DNA of 30,707 bases from an uncultured Desulfovibrionaceae bacterium (GTDB lineage: Bacteria; Desulfobacterota; Desulfovibrionia; Desulfovibrionales; Desulfovibrionaceae): positions 1 through 30,707 of the forward strand of contig CAYJCI010000005.1 in the NCBI GenBank assembly GCA_964368595.1. Direction: 5' to 3'. The notes beneath the pieces were generated by a model. It made no database searches, was not told the DNA's origin, and saw only the letters and a list, made by a program, of their open reading frames with translations. Position numbers and translations under genes: made by a program. Below are positions 8,642-18,375 of the stretch, piece after piece; the first letter of the stretch is position 1, and each line of letters opens with the position of its first letter.

Positions 8642-10060
8642 TTACTTCCAATATACTTTTACAAGGTTTGTGCCTCGTGAACGCCCACCTTTTTGGGGTT
8701 GGCCTGCAGTAATAATAATACGCTCATCTGGGTTAAAGGTTGGGTTTTTAATGATGAAATTTTCAGCACGTTCTGTATGGTTTTGAGGTTCTACTTGGTC
8801 ATTAACAAAAACAGGTGTAACCCCCCAAGAGAAGTTTAATGCTTTTAATGCTTCTGGCTCAGTTGTTAAACCATAAATTTGTTGAGGCGGGCGGCAAGAT
8901 GAAATTTGCCTTGCAGATGAACCACTTAAACTGTGTGACACAATGGCTACAGCTTGGGACTTTTCTGCCAAAAGGCAAGACGAATAAGCTAAAAACTCAT
9001 TAATGCCTTTGTGGGCCTCTGGCTCTTTTAGTTCATGGCGCTCCATTAAAATTGCTTCAGCTTGTCTGGTAATTTCGCGCATATATGCCACAGTATCCAC
9101 GGGGAAGTTGCCCATGGCTGTTTCTTCAGAAAGCATAACACAATCCGCTCCGTCAAGCACAGCATTGGCTACGTCGGTGGTTTCTGCTCTAGTTGGTACA
9201 GGGCTTGTGACCATTGAGAGTAGCATTTGGGTAGCCACGATAACTGGCTTTGATGCACGGTTACAAGCTTTGATGATGCGCTTTTGAATGCCTGGTAGCA
9301 TGGGTAGTGGGCATTCAACACCAAGGTCACCACGGGCAACCATGACTATATCAGCTTCACGTAGAATTTCTTCTAATCTATCCACAGCCCCTTGGCGCTC
9401 AAGCTTAACGATAACCGGAATGCTTTTGCCGGCTGCCATAAGAATATTTTTTGCTTCAATAACATCTTGAGGTGTTTGTACATAGGATAGGGCAACTGCA
9501 TCAATACCTAAAATAAGCCCTTGGGCAAGGTCTTTGCGGTCTTTGTCAGTCAAGGCCGCAACCTGTGTTGCCTTTCCTGGTAGGGCAAGGCCTTTGCGTG
9601 AAGTAACTATGCCAGCATTGTGAGCTTCAAGCACCACAAGGCCATCTTCACGTTTTTCGACCACATTAAATTGTAAGCCACCGTCAGCTAATACTAAACG
9701 ATCGTCAGGCACTAAGCTATCAAGAATTACTTTGTGGTCAAATGGTAGGTAAGGCATTTCGTCATTTTCTTGAGCTTTTGGCCCAAGTAGCAGCTGCATG
9801 CCCTTTTCTACAGTGATTTTTTTATCATCACTCAAATTGCCAAGGCGTATTTTAGGGCCGGAAAGGTCCTGCATGATGGTAATAGGCGTATTAAGTTCTT
9901 TTTCAATTTCGCGGATATGGCGAATAATATCCACAAACATTGATGCATCACCATGTGAAAAATTTAAGCGAAAAATCCTAACACCTGCCATCACAAGTGA
10001 AGTCATTTTTTCCTTAGTATTGGAGGCAGGGCCAATGGTGGCAATTATTTTAGTTTTCAT
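8642..10060 (-). CDS. pyk: Pyruvate kinase
   Basis: TKIIATIGPAS, RLNFSHG, DLSGPKIR, MVARGDLGVE, ATQML.SM, PTRAE..DVANAVLDG.DCVMLS.ETA.G. Confidence 0.98.
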   Translation of the reverse strand: MKTKIIATIGPASNTKEKMTSLVMAGVRIFRLNFSHGDASMFVDIIRHIREIEKELNTPITIMQDLSGPKIRLGNLSDDKKITVEKGMQLLLGPKAQENDEMPYLPFDHKVILDSLVPDDRLVLADGGLQFNVVEKREDGLVVLEAHNAGIVTSRKGLALPGKATQVAALTDKDRKDLAQGLILGIDAVALSYVQTPQDVIEAKNILMAAGKSIPVIVKLERQGAVDRLEEILREADIVMVARGDLGVECPLPMLPGIQKRIIKACNRASKPVIVATQMLLSMVTSPVPTRAETTDVANAVLDGADCVMLSEETAMGNFPVDTVAYMREITRQAEAILMERHELKEPEAHKGINEFLAYSSCLLAEKSQAVAIVSHSLSGSSARQISSCRPPQQIYGLTTEPEALKALNFSWGVTPVFVNDQVEPQNHTERAENFIIKNPTFNPDERIIITAGQPQKGGRSRGTNLVKVYWK

Positions 10061-10406
10061 AATACTTTCCGGTTGATTGAAGTTAAAGTTTGCCTATTGC
10101 ATACATAAGCACGAGTTTTTTTATGGCAAGTTTCAAGCTTATGCAACATAAGTGTATTCTTTTCACCCAAGCCATACACGAAAATTGTTTGATTGAACAG
10201 TCCTATATATCCGTATTTTTTTGGCAAAAATGAATTTTTGTGAAATTTTCAAAAAAAATATTAAATATTTTAAATAGTTATTTCAAGCAGTGAAAATAAT
10301 TAATTTAAAAAATATTTTTATGGTGCTTGATTCTGCTTGGAATTGGCTTGGCCTTTCTTAAGGCTGAAAATTTATTAAAAATATTTCACTTTTTATTTTT
10401 TAGCTA

Positions 10407-10435
10407 TTGACAGAAAAGGGGAATTAGGTCAGAGT
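10407..10435 (+). promoter_or_regulatory. Putative dcw (Pmra) sigma70 promoter
   Basis: TTGACA(10407-10412)-17 nt-CAGAGT(10430-10435), with an AT-rich UP-like tract upstream. Confidence 0.65.
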
Positions 10436-10467
10436 GGGAAAAAGTGGAAATAAGTGGTAGAAGGTGG
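10434..10467 (+). promoter_or_regulatory. Four MraZ-binding repeats
   Basis: GTGG at 10434, 10444, 10454 and 10464, an exact 10-bp period immediately before mraZ, matching the known MraZ operator architecture. Confidence 0.85.
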
Positions 10468-10472
10468 TAAAA

Positions 10473-10916
10473 ATGTCCGAATTTGAAAAAAGTCATTATA
10501 GGAGCTTGGATGCCAAAGGGCGCATCATGCTTCCTGTGGATTACAGAGATGCACTTAGTGCTATTTCTGCCACGGGTAGTTTTGTGCTTACTGGTTTTCA
10601 CGGGCGACTTGTGGCTTATTCACCTGAGGCATGGCAACACACCAGAGAACAATTTTCCAAGATTAAAAATCCATCCATGGGTATGCGGCACTTCATGAGC
10701 AAGGTGAGAGGTCTTGCTGAAGAGTTAATTCCCGACGGGCATGGTAGAATTCGCATTCCGCAATCGCTTATGCGTGAGGGCGGGCTTGTGAAGGATATAG
10801 TGCTTGTTGGTATGGATAGTAAGTTTGAAATTTGGGATCAGGGTCGCTTTGAGGGCCTTGTGCTTGAGGATGTTTCAGAAGAGTTGGCTGCAAATAATGT
10901 TGATATTTCCTTATAA
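10473..10916 (+). CDS. mraZ: Transcriptional regulator MraZ
   Basis: LDAKGRIMLP and DGHGRIRIP repeats, G..SKFEIWD; first gene of the dcw cluster. ATG 10473 follows AGGTGG. Confidence 0.95.
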   Translation: MSEFEKSHYRSLDAKGRIMLPVDYRDALSAISATGSFVLTGFHGRLVAYSPEAWQHTREQFSKIKNPSMGMRHFMSKVRGLAEELIPDGHGRIRIPQSLMREGGLVKDIVLVGMDSKFEIWDQGRFEGLVLEDVSEELAANNVDISL

Positions 10917-10930
10917 TTGAGGGTGCTACT

Positions 10931-11923
10931 ATGAAGGGAACTCAAGATGCACATTTAACTGAAGTGCACATTCCCGTACTGCATAAGCAAGTATTAGTAG
11001 CTCTTTCTCCTAAGTCTAATGGGCGTTATCTTGACGGTACCTTAGGTCTTGGCGGGCATAGTTCTGCTATTGTTAATGCTGCAGAAAATGTTGAGCTTTG
11101 TGCTTTGGATCGTGATGGTGATGCTTTAGAGCTTGCTAAAAAGCGTCTTGCTAATGAAGCGCCGGCTGGTGCTTCGCTGCACTATTTTCATACCCATTAC
11201 AGTAAATTTGAAGAAGCCTTGGAAAGCCTTGGTTGGGATAAGCTTGATGGCGCATTGATTGATATTGGTGTGTCGTCATTACATCTTGATACGGCTGAGC
11301 GTGGTTTTAGTTTTAATAGTGATGGTCCGCTTGATATGCGTATGGATACGCAAATGGATGGCGGAACTCGCACAGCTTGGGATATTGTGAATCGAGATCG
11401 CTTTGAAACACTAAAAGATATTATTCATAAGCTTGGTGAAGACCCACAAGCAGGCCGCATTGCAAGGCATATTGTGGATGCTCGTCAAAAAAAGAGCATT
11501 GATACCACCAAGGAACTAGCTGATATTGTTTATAATGCCTACCCAGTAGCTTGGCGCGCCAAGTCCAGAAATCACCCCGCCACAAGAACATTTCAAGCTT
11601 TGCGTATGGTCGTTAATGACGAGCTTGGTGAACTTGAGCGTTTTTTAAATGCCATATTAAAAAGATTAAAAGTTGGCGGGCGCTTAGTTGTTATTTGTTT
11701 CCATTCGCTTGAAGACCGTATGGTTAAGCAAGCTATGCGCCATTGGGCTGAGGGTTGCCGTTGTCCAAGGCATGTTATGCGTTGCAAATGCGGTCATAAA
11801 CCAGAGGTTAAGATTTTATACAAAAAACCTGTGGTGGCAGAGGCTGATGAATTGAAGGCAAACCCAAGGTCAAGCAGTGCCAAAATGCGTGCTGCTGAAA
11901 AGCTTTATGAGGTAAAATCATAA
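10931..11923 (+). CDS. rsmH: 16S rRNA m4C1402 methyltransferase
   Basis: HIPVL, DGTLGLGGHS, DIGVSS, GPLDMRMD, HPATRTFQALR, FHSLEDR, NPRS.SAK. Confidence 0.97.
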   Translation: MKGTQDAHLTEVHIPVLHKQVLVALSPKSNGRYLDGTLGLGGHSSAIVNAAENVELCALDRDGDALELAKKRLANEAPAGASLHYFHTHYSKFEEALESLGWDKLDGALIDIGVSSLHLDTAERGFSFNSDGPLDMRMDTQMDGGTRTAWDIVNRDRFETLKDIIHKLGEDPQAGRIARHIVDARQKKSIDTTKELADIVYNAYPVAWRAKSRNHPATRTFQALRMVVNDELGELERFLNAILKRLKVGGRLVVICFHSLEDRMVKQAMRHWAEGCRCPRHVMRCKCGHKPEVKILYKKPVVAEADELKANPRSSSAKMRAAEKLYEVKS

Positions 11924-12210
11924 TGAAACGAGGCAGTAGCGGTTGGATTTTACTACTTGTGCTAGGCACTTTGTCCGCCATGTTTATGAGCCTTGTGTTG
12001 GTTTGGGTAAATATTGAACGTATGGATACAAGTTATTTTATTAATACATTGCAAATAGATATTAGAGAAAAGCATAGTCATCAAGCCAAGCTTGAGGTGG
12101 AGCGTGAGTATTTGCTTTCACCACATGAGCTTGGACGCAAGGCCGAAGCACTTGGTTTAAAGCAACCAAAGATTGGGCAAGTGCGCTGGCGTGGCGATAT
12201 TGAGCAATAG
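11923..12210 (+). CDS. ftsL: Cell division protein FtsL (probable)
   Basis: Single TM plus coiled coil (L.VE...L.SP..L..KA..LGL..P), located between rsmH and ftsI with TAATG coupling. Confidence 0.75.
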   Translation: MKRGSSGWILLLVLGTLSAMFMSLVLVWVNIERMDTSYFINTLQIDIREKHSHQAKLEVEREYLLSPHELGRKAEALGLKQPKIGQVRWRGDIEQ

Positions 12211-12242
12211 TTTGAAAAACTGCTAATAATTTGGAGAAAGCC

Positions 12243-14381
12243 ATGGCACTTTTCAAAAGAAAGGTTCGTAATAAAAGAGATAAGCAAAAAGCAAATGCGG
12301 GTGACAGGCCCAAAATTGCTTTGCAAAGCAATAAAAAATCAAATGATTTAAGTTCAAAACTATCTAAAATCAATTGGGGCATTTTCCGCATTCAAGTCGT
12401 GGGTGTGGGCTTTGTGTTGTTTTGGATGGCTCTTTGGGGTCGGGCTTGGTATTGGCAAATTATTGAAGGCGCTCACTTGGCAGATAAAGCCAAAAGCCAA
12501 CACATTGCTTCAGTTTTAGTGACAGGCAAAAGGGGCATGATACTTGATAGAAATGGTCAAGCCTTGGCTAGGTCTGTGGAGTGTCGCTCTGTTTATGCAA
12601 GGCCTTTTGAGGTGCAAGACGTTACCGCCACTGCCGAAAAGCTAGCCGCAATTTTAGGCTTACCTGTTGAAAAAATATATAATCAACTTTCCAATGAATC
12701 ACGTAAGTTTACATGGATTGCCCGCAAGGTGGATGATCATACTGCAACTGCCATTCGCAATGCTAAGCTTGAGGGTATAGGCCTTTCAAAAGAATATGAA
12801 AGAGTTTACCCATTTAAGCATATGGCTGGCCAATTGCTTGGCTTTGTTGGTGTTGATGATCAGGGTCTTGAAGGGCTTGAGCGTGTGTTTGATAAGCATC
12901 TTGCAAGCGTTGCTACAAGACAGCTTGTACAGCGTGATGCCATGGGGCGTAGGTTTTTCTTGCATTCTGAGGGGCAGGCTGAACCTGTGGGGCGTGATTT
13001 GCGTTTAACGCTTGATGCTCAAATTCAATTTTTTGCTGAAGAGTCCATCGCTAAAGCTGTAGATGATTATAATGCTGCTTGGGGTGGGGTTATGGTTGTT
13101 GATGCTGAAAGTGGAGACATCTTAGCCTGGGCTCAATATCCATTTTTTAATCCCAATGCCTTTGGCACATATGCACCAAGCCAATACAGAAACCGCCTTG
13201 CATTTGACTCGCTCGAACCAGGTTCAACAATCAAGCCATTCTTAGTTGCAGCAGCTTTGCAAGAGAAAGCCGTCACTAAGGACAGTGTATTTGATTGTGA
13301 AGGTGGTAAGTGGGACACGCTGGGCATCACCATTCGTGATACATCAAGCAAGGGTGAGTTGCCAGTTGATCAAATAATTAGATATTCAAGTAATATTGGT
13401 GTGGCTAAAATTGGCCAATTAATTGGCGCGCCTACATATCATAAATACTTATCACAATTAGGCTTTGGCGAGCGTACGGTAGTTCCCGTATCTGAAAGTA
13501 AGGGTATATTGCGCAGGCCTCAAAGCTGGACTGGTGTTGACTTATTAAGTGCTTCATTTGGTCAAGGTATTTCAACCACAGCTTTGCAAATGTCACAAGC
13601 ATATTTAACTCTGTTAAATGGCGGCATGTACAAGCCCTTGCGCTTAGTTGCAGATGCTGAACAAGAAGAAAATGTTAAGCCAGTACGCATTTTTAACGAA
13701 AGTGTGACTAAAGAAGTTTTGCAAATGATGCGTGATGTTGTTCATGAAGATGGCGGCAGCGGTAAAAGAGCGCGCATAGCCGGCATCGAAGTTGGTGGCA
13801 AAACTGGTACTGCACAAAAAGCTGATAAAAAAACTGGCACGTATGGTGCTGGGCGTATGGCATCATTTGTTGGTTTTGCACCTGCTGATAAACCAAAATA
13901 TCTAACACTTGTAATGATTGACGAGCCGAAAAATGTTTCCTTCGGTGGTGTAATTGCTGCGCCAGTGTTTCAAAAAGTAACAAGCCTTGCTATGACTTAT
14001 GGTGGTGATTTGCCAGACGTAGTTTTTGCAGAAGCATCAAATAGTCCGCTTATTAAACGTGGAACACAGCTTAGCAAGGGTGCTCGTGGTTTTAAGGTAT
14101 CCCGTGCACCATCACCTATGTTTAGTGCCATTACTCAAGAAAAAACAAGACGCGTAGTCTATAGCACCTTGCCAGGCCATATGAGCAAAGCCAATACCGT
14201 TGTTCCAAATGTAGTTGGTAAAACAGTACGAACAGCAGTTGAGCTATTTGCGCGTGGTGGCATTGTGCCTGTGCTTAAAGGTGAAGGGCAAAGGGTGGTT
14301 CGCCAAACACCTGAGCCAGGTAGTGAATGGCCAAATCAAGAAAATGGCGAATATGTATTATGGCTTTCGGAGAATAATTAA
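12243..14381 (+). CDS. ftsI: Septal transpeptidase PBP3 with C-terminal PASTA domain
   Basis: RG.ILDRNG, R.YP, GLEGLE, STIK/SSN/KTG active-site motifs, VPNVVG..V..Q.P.PG PASTA. ATG 12243 follows GGAG. Confidence 0.93.
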   Translation: MALFKRKVRNKRDKQKANAGDRPKIALQSNKKSNDLSSKLSKINWGIFRIQVVGVGFVLFWMALWGRAWYWQIIEGAHLADKAKSQHIASVLVTGKRGMILDRNGQALARSVECRSVYARPFEVQDVTATAEKLAAILGLPVEKIYNQLSNESRKFTWIARKVDDHTATAIRNAKLEGIGLSKEYERVYPFKHMAGQLLGFVGVDDQGLEGLERVFDKHLASVATRQLVQRDAMGRRFFLHSEGQAEPVGRDLRLTLDAQIQFFAEESIAKAVDDYNAAWGGVMVVDAESGDILAWAQYPFFNPNAFGTYAPSQYRNRLAFDSLEPGSTIKPFLVAAALQEKAVTKDSVFDCEGGKWDTLGITIRDTSSKGELPVDQIIRYSSNIGVAKIGQLIGAPTYHKYLSQLGFGERTVVPVSESKGILRRPQSWTGVDLLSASFGQGISTTALQMSQAYLTLLNGGMYKPLRLVADAEQEENVKPVRIFNESVTKEVLQMMRDVVHEDGGSGKRARIAGIEVGGKTGTAQKADKKTGTYGAGRMASFVGFAPADKPKYLTLVMIDEPKNVSFGGVIAAPVFQKVTSLAMTYGGDLPDVVFAEASNSPLIKRGTQLSKGARGFKVSRAPSPMFSAITQEKTRRVVYSTLPGHMSKANTVVPNVVGKTVRTAVELFARGGIVPVLKGEGQRVVRQTPEPGSEWPNQENGEYVLWLSENN

Positions 14382-15865
14382 TGAATTTTGGAAAATTACT
14401 TCAATACTTACGTGATTTACCTGCTGATTCAACAGTGCAGGTAAGAATTGACTCTCGTGAAGTTAAAAGTGGTGATGTTTTTGTTGCTATTAGCGGTGTT
14501 AATGAAGATGGTGTTAAGTTTATACCTAATGCAGTTCAAGCTGGTGCGGCAATAATTGTTTGCTCTGCAGAAAATGAAATTACAAAAGCCGCCGCTAAAG
14601 AGGGCGTGCAGATTGTTGTGCAAGAAAATACTCGTAAGGCACTTTGGCAATTAGCTAAAGCCTACTACGGTACAGAAGTAATTTGCAAAGTTAAAAATGT
14701 GCAAATTATTGGTATAACAGGCACAAATGGCAAAACAACCTCTGCATATTTGCTTGAGCATTTGTTTACAGGCCTTGGGCATAAGGTTGGTGTCATGGGC
14801 ACTGTGAGCTACCGCTGGCCCAGTAATGAGATAATTGCATCATTAACAACTCCAGACAGCTTAACCATTCATCGAATAATTTCTGAGATGGTTAAAGATG
14901 GCGTTGATATAATCATCATGGAAGTATCATCCCATGCACTTGAGCAAGATAGAGTGGGTGGAGTTGATTTTACTGGTGCAATTTTTAGTAATTTGACTCA
15001 AGACCACTTAGATTTTCATGAAGATATGAATAGTTACTTTACAGCAAAAGCTAAGCTATTCACCACATTGCCAAAAGTAGATAAATCCATCGCCATTAAC
15101 TCAGATGACGAATGGGGCAAAAAGCTATTAGCCCTTTGCCCGCAGGCCTTGGATTATGGCTTGAGAGATTTTGAAAATACAAGATTAAATTATGTTAAGG
15201 CCAAGATCCTTTCCATGTCACCAGCTGGTTTGCATTTGCAAATGCAGTGGGGTGAAAAAAAGTGGGAGCTTAGATCACCATTAGTTGGTGCATTTAATGC
15301 TCTTAATTTATTGGGAGTGCAAACTGTTGCCCTTGGGATGGGGGTTGAGGTTGAAGGCCTTAAACATTTGGAAACATTCCATGGTGTTTGCGGGCGTTTA
15401 GAGCGTGTGCAGGGTACGGGTGAGTTAAATATATTTGTGGATTATGCCCATACACCAGATGCGCTTGTAAATGTGCTTGAAGCTTTGCGTGGTGCTGGTT
15501 TTAAGAAGATTATCACAGTGTTTGGCTGTGGTGGTAATAGAGATAAAACCAAAAGACCACTTATGGGCAAAGCCGTTGCTGAACATACTGACGTTGCAGT
15601 TTTAACTTCTGACAACCCACGCTTTGAAAAGGCAGAAGATATCATTGCTGACGTTATGCCAGGCTTAGAAGCACGTGAAGGTTTAGAAATTATAGTTGAA
15701 GTTGATAGAAAGATGGCTACTCAAAAGGCTTTAGAATTACTTAAACAATCTGACATAGCCCATACTGCAGTTTTAATTGCTGGTAAAGGGCATGAAGATT
15801 ATCAAATTATTGAGGATGTTAAACATCCTTATAGTGATCAATTAACTGTGCAGGAGCTTGTATAG
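14381..15865 (+). CDS. murE: UDP-MurNAc-dipeptide:meso-DAP ligase
   Basis: GITGTNGKTT, MEVSSHAL, DHLDFH, DYAHTPDAL, DNPR (meso-DAP type), AGKGHE. Confidence 0.97.
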   Translation: MNFGKLLQYLRDLPADSTVQVRIDSREVKSGDVFVAISGVNEDGVKFIPNAVQAGAAIIVCSAENEITKAAAKEGVQIVVQENTRKALWQLAKAYYGTEVICKVKNVQIIGITGTNGKTTSAYLLEHLFTGLGHKVGVMGTVSYRWPSNEIIASLTTPDSLTIHRIISEMVKDGVDIIIMEVSSHALEQDRVGGVDFTGAIFSNLTQDHLDFHEDMNSYFTAKAKLFTTLPKVDKSIAINSDDEWGKKLLALCPQALDYGLRDFENTRLNYVKAKILSMSPAGLHLQMQWGEKKWELRSPLVGAFNALNLLGVQTVALGMGVEVEGLKHLETFHGVCGRLERVQGTGELNIFVDYAHTPDALVNVLEALRGAGFKKIITVFGCGGNRDKTKRPLMGKAVAEHTDVAVLTSDNPRFEKAEDIIADVMPGLEAREGLEIIVEVDRKMATQKALELLKQSDIAHTAVLIAGKGHEDYQIIEDVKHPYSDQLTVQELV

Positions 15866-17268
15866 TGAGGCTTAAGCTTGACCAAATTAAAGGCATTTTG
15901 GGTGCAGAATTTCATGCTGCATCAAATGCCCAAAACACAGAAATTTTAGCTGTATGCCGCGACACTAATGATGTTGTGGCCAGCAGTCTTTTTGTGTGCA
16001 TAGTTGGTCAGCGTTTTGATGGGCATGATTTTGCGGCAAAAGCAGTTGAACATGGAGCAAAGGCCCTGCTTGTATCTAGGTATTTACCAAATATTGATGT
16101 GGCACAATTTGTTGTGGCTGATACAGTCAAAGCCCTTGCAAAACTTGCCCTTGCTTGGCGCAAAATGTTTAAGGGTAAGGTTGTGGCCATTACTGGTAGT
16201 GCTGGTAAGACTACGCTTAAAGAATGCCTTGCGCATGTTCTTGAAAGTGCAAATAAGCAAGTTGCTCGCAATAAATTGAATTATAATAATCAAATAGGTT
16301 TACCACTTTCCATGCTTTCAGCATCAGGTAATGAAGATTGCTGGGTAATGGAAGCGGGTATTAGCGAACCACATGACATGGATGAGCTTGGCGCAATGCT
16401 TTTGCCAGACTTAGCCTTGGTGCTAAACGTTGGCGCGGCTCACACTGAAGGGCTTGGCGCAAAAGGTGTTGCTTGGCACAAGAGTAGATTATTTAAGTAT
16501 TTGACACTTTCTGATGTGGCAAATGCTTTTGCTTGTGCTGATTATGCTGAGCTTGTGCAAAATGTGGAAGATATTTGCACAAATTATTGTTTATTTTCTG
16601 GTAAAAATTCATCATTAGCCACATATAAAGCCATTTATCGCGGTATGGATGATGAATCAAACAAGGGCAGATATGGCCTAAGTTTTGAGCAAGAAAATTA
16701 TGAAATTTTAACTCCTTTTTATGGTAGTTATGGTGCTGAAAATTTAGCCGCAATTTTTGCAGTGGCTCATGCCCTTGGTTTAACATCTGAAGAAATTATC
16801 TGTGGAATTAGCAATATAAACTTACCTGAACATCGCTTCAATATGCATGAAATTGCTGGTTGGTGTGTGATTGATGACACCTATAATGCTAATGCATTAT
16901 CCATGCGCCGCATGATTGAGGCAGCAGTTCAAAAAGCTAATGATGGCCCATGCTATGCAGTTTTAGGGGCAATGGGTGAGCTTGGATATTTAGCAAAAAA
17001 AGAGCATTACGAGCTTGGTAGCTTTTTGTGCAAATCAAATATTCAAAATATTTTTTGGAAAGGCCCACATGCCGATGACGTTCAAAGGGGCCTAAAGTCA
17101 TGCAATTATGCAGGCAACTTTGCTACTGTAAATAGTGTTGAAGAATTTACCAAAGTTTGGGCTAAGGCAAATCTAAACGCTGGTACTGTTTTATGTAAGG
17201 GTTCGCGTAGTAATAAATTAGAAGAATTTGTAGCCGTCATCTTAGAGCAAATCAAAGCTGATGTGTAA
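15865..17268 (+). CDS. murF: UDP-MurNAc-tripeptide:D-Ala-D-Ala ligase
   Basis: FDGHDF, AITGSAGKTT.KE, NNQIGLP, DDTYNAN, GAMGELG, KGSR. GTG start overlaps the murE stop. Confidence 0.95.
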   Translation: MRLKLDQIKGILGAEFHAASNAQNTEILAVCRDTNDVVASSLFVCIVGQRFDGHDFAAKAVEHGAKALLVSRYLPNIDVAQFVVADTVKALAKLALAWRKMFKGKVVAITGSAGKTTLKECLAHVLESANKQVARNKLNYNNQIGLPLSMLSASGNEDCWVMEAGISEPHDMDELGAMLLPDLALVLNVGAAHTEGLGAKGVAWHKSRLFKYLTLSDVANAFACADYAELVQNVEDICTNYCLFSGKNSSLATYKAIYRGMDDESNKGRYGLSFEQENYEILTPFYGSYGAENLAAIFAVAHALGLTSEEIICGISNINLPEHRFNMHEIAGWCVIDDTYNANALSMRRMIEAAVQKANDGPCYAVLGAMGELGYLAKKEHYELGSFLCKSNIQNIFWKGPHADDVQRGLKSCNYAGNFATVNSVEEFTKVWAKANLNAGTVLCKGSRSNKLEEFVAVILEQIKADV

Positions 17269-17281
17269 TTAAGGGGTAGTC

Positions 17282-18358
17282 ATGTTATATAATCTTTTAG
17301 TCCCATTATCCAATGAGTGGAGCGCTTTAAATGTATTTCGTTATATTACATTCCGCTCCGCATGGGCTATGATTACAGCTCTCCTTTTATCCATAGCCAT
17401 TGGTCCAATGTTTATTGAATGGCTTCGTAAATTAAAATTTGGTCAATATATTCACGAAGATGTAACAACACACAGCGCAAAAGCTGGCACCCCAACCATG
17501 GGCGGCTTGCTAATAATATTTAGCCTAATTACTAGCGTACTACTTTGGGGCGATTTAAGTAATATATATCTATGGCTTACCATGTATGTATTTGTAGGCT
17601 TTGGTGTGGTTGGCTTGATTGATGATATGGTCAAAATTCGTGGTAAAAAAAATCAAGGCATCAGTGTTTCAGTTAAGTTTGTAAGCCAAGTGCTTATTGC
17701 TGGTTCAGCCATGTTTGTATTGATTGATCAGCCTGGCTTTTCAACCACAATTTCCATCCCGTTATTTAAAGACATTAATCCTGACCTTGGTTGGTTTTAT
17801 ATTCCTTTTGCCATAGTGGTTATGGTTGGTGCATCCAATGCAGTTAATCTTACCGATGGTCTTGATGGTCTTGCCATTGGCCCAACTGTAGTGGTTGGTA
17901 TTGTGCTTTCAGTCTTTATCTATGTAACTGGTCACGTGCAATTTTCACAATATTTATTGGTTCCATACATTGCTGGAGTGGGTGAAGTCACAGTGTTTTG
18001 TGCCGCATTAGTTGGGGCAGGCCTTGGGTTTTTGTGGTATAATGCCTACCCAGCTCAAGTGTTTATGGGTGATGTTGGCTCACTAAGCCTTGGTGGTGTG
18101 TTGGGCTTTTTGGCAGTTTTATGCAAGCAAGAGCTAATACTTGTGGTTGTTGGCGGTTTATTTGTGGCTGAAACTTTATCAGTAATTTTGCAAGTGGGAT
18201 ATTTTAAGTGGTCTGGCGGTAAGAGGATTTTCCGCATGGCGCCATTACATCATCATTTTGAATTAAAGGGCGTGCCCGAATCAAAAATCATAATTCGTGC
18301 ATGGATTACATCTATTCTCTTGGGTTTATTAGCATTATCCATGCTAAAGTTACGTTAA
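17282..18358 (+). CDS. mraY: Phospho-MurNAc-pentapeptide transferase
   Basis: [44 protein letters not shown]. Confidence 0.98.
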   Translation: MLYNLLVPLSNEWSALNVFRYITFRSAWAMITALLLSIAIGPMFIEWLRKLKFGQYIHEDVTTHSAKAGTPTMGGLLIIFSLITSVLLWGDLSNIYLWLTMYVFVGFGVVGLIDDMVKIRGKKNQGISVSVKFVSQVLIAGSAMFVLIDQPGFSTTISIPLFKDINPDLGWFYIPFAIVVMVGASNAVNLTDGLDGLAIGPTVVVGIVLSVFIYVTGHVQFSQYLLVPYIAGVGEVTVFCAALVGAGLGFLWYNAYPAQVFMGDVGSLSLGGVLGFLAVLCKQELILVVVGGLFVAETLSVILQVGYFKWSGGKRIFRMAPLHHHFELKGVPESKIIIRAWITSILLGLLALSMLKLR

Positions 18359-18375
18359 AGGCATTGAGGTTTAAG

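Noticed and set aside
10104..10150. CATAAGC/GCTTATG inverted and CATAAG direct repeats upstream of pyk
   Set aside because: Short with irregular spacing; cannot be distinguished from chance without comparative data.
10238..10256. Rex-like site TTGTGAAATTTTCAAAA between pyk and mraZ
   Set aside because: The spacer is one base short, the right half-site is imperfect, and the region is very AT-rich.
11755..11790. Cys cluster CRCP...RCKC in RsmH
   Set aside because: A CxCP...CxC insert is common in RsmH from many bacteria.
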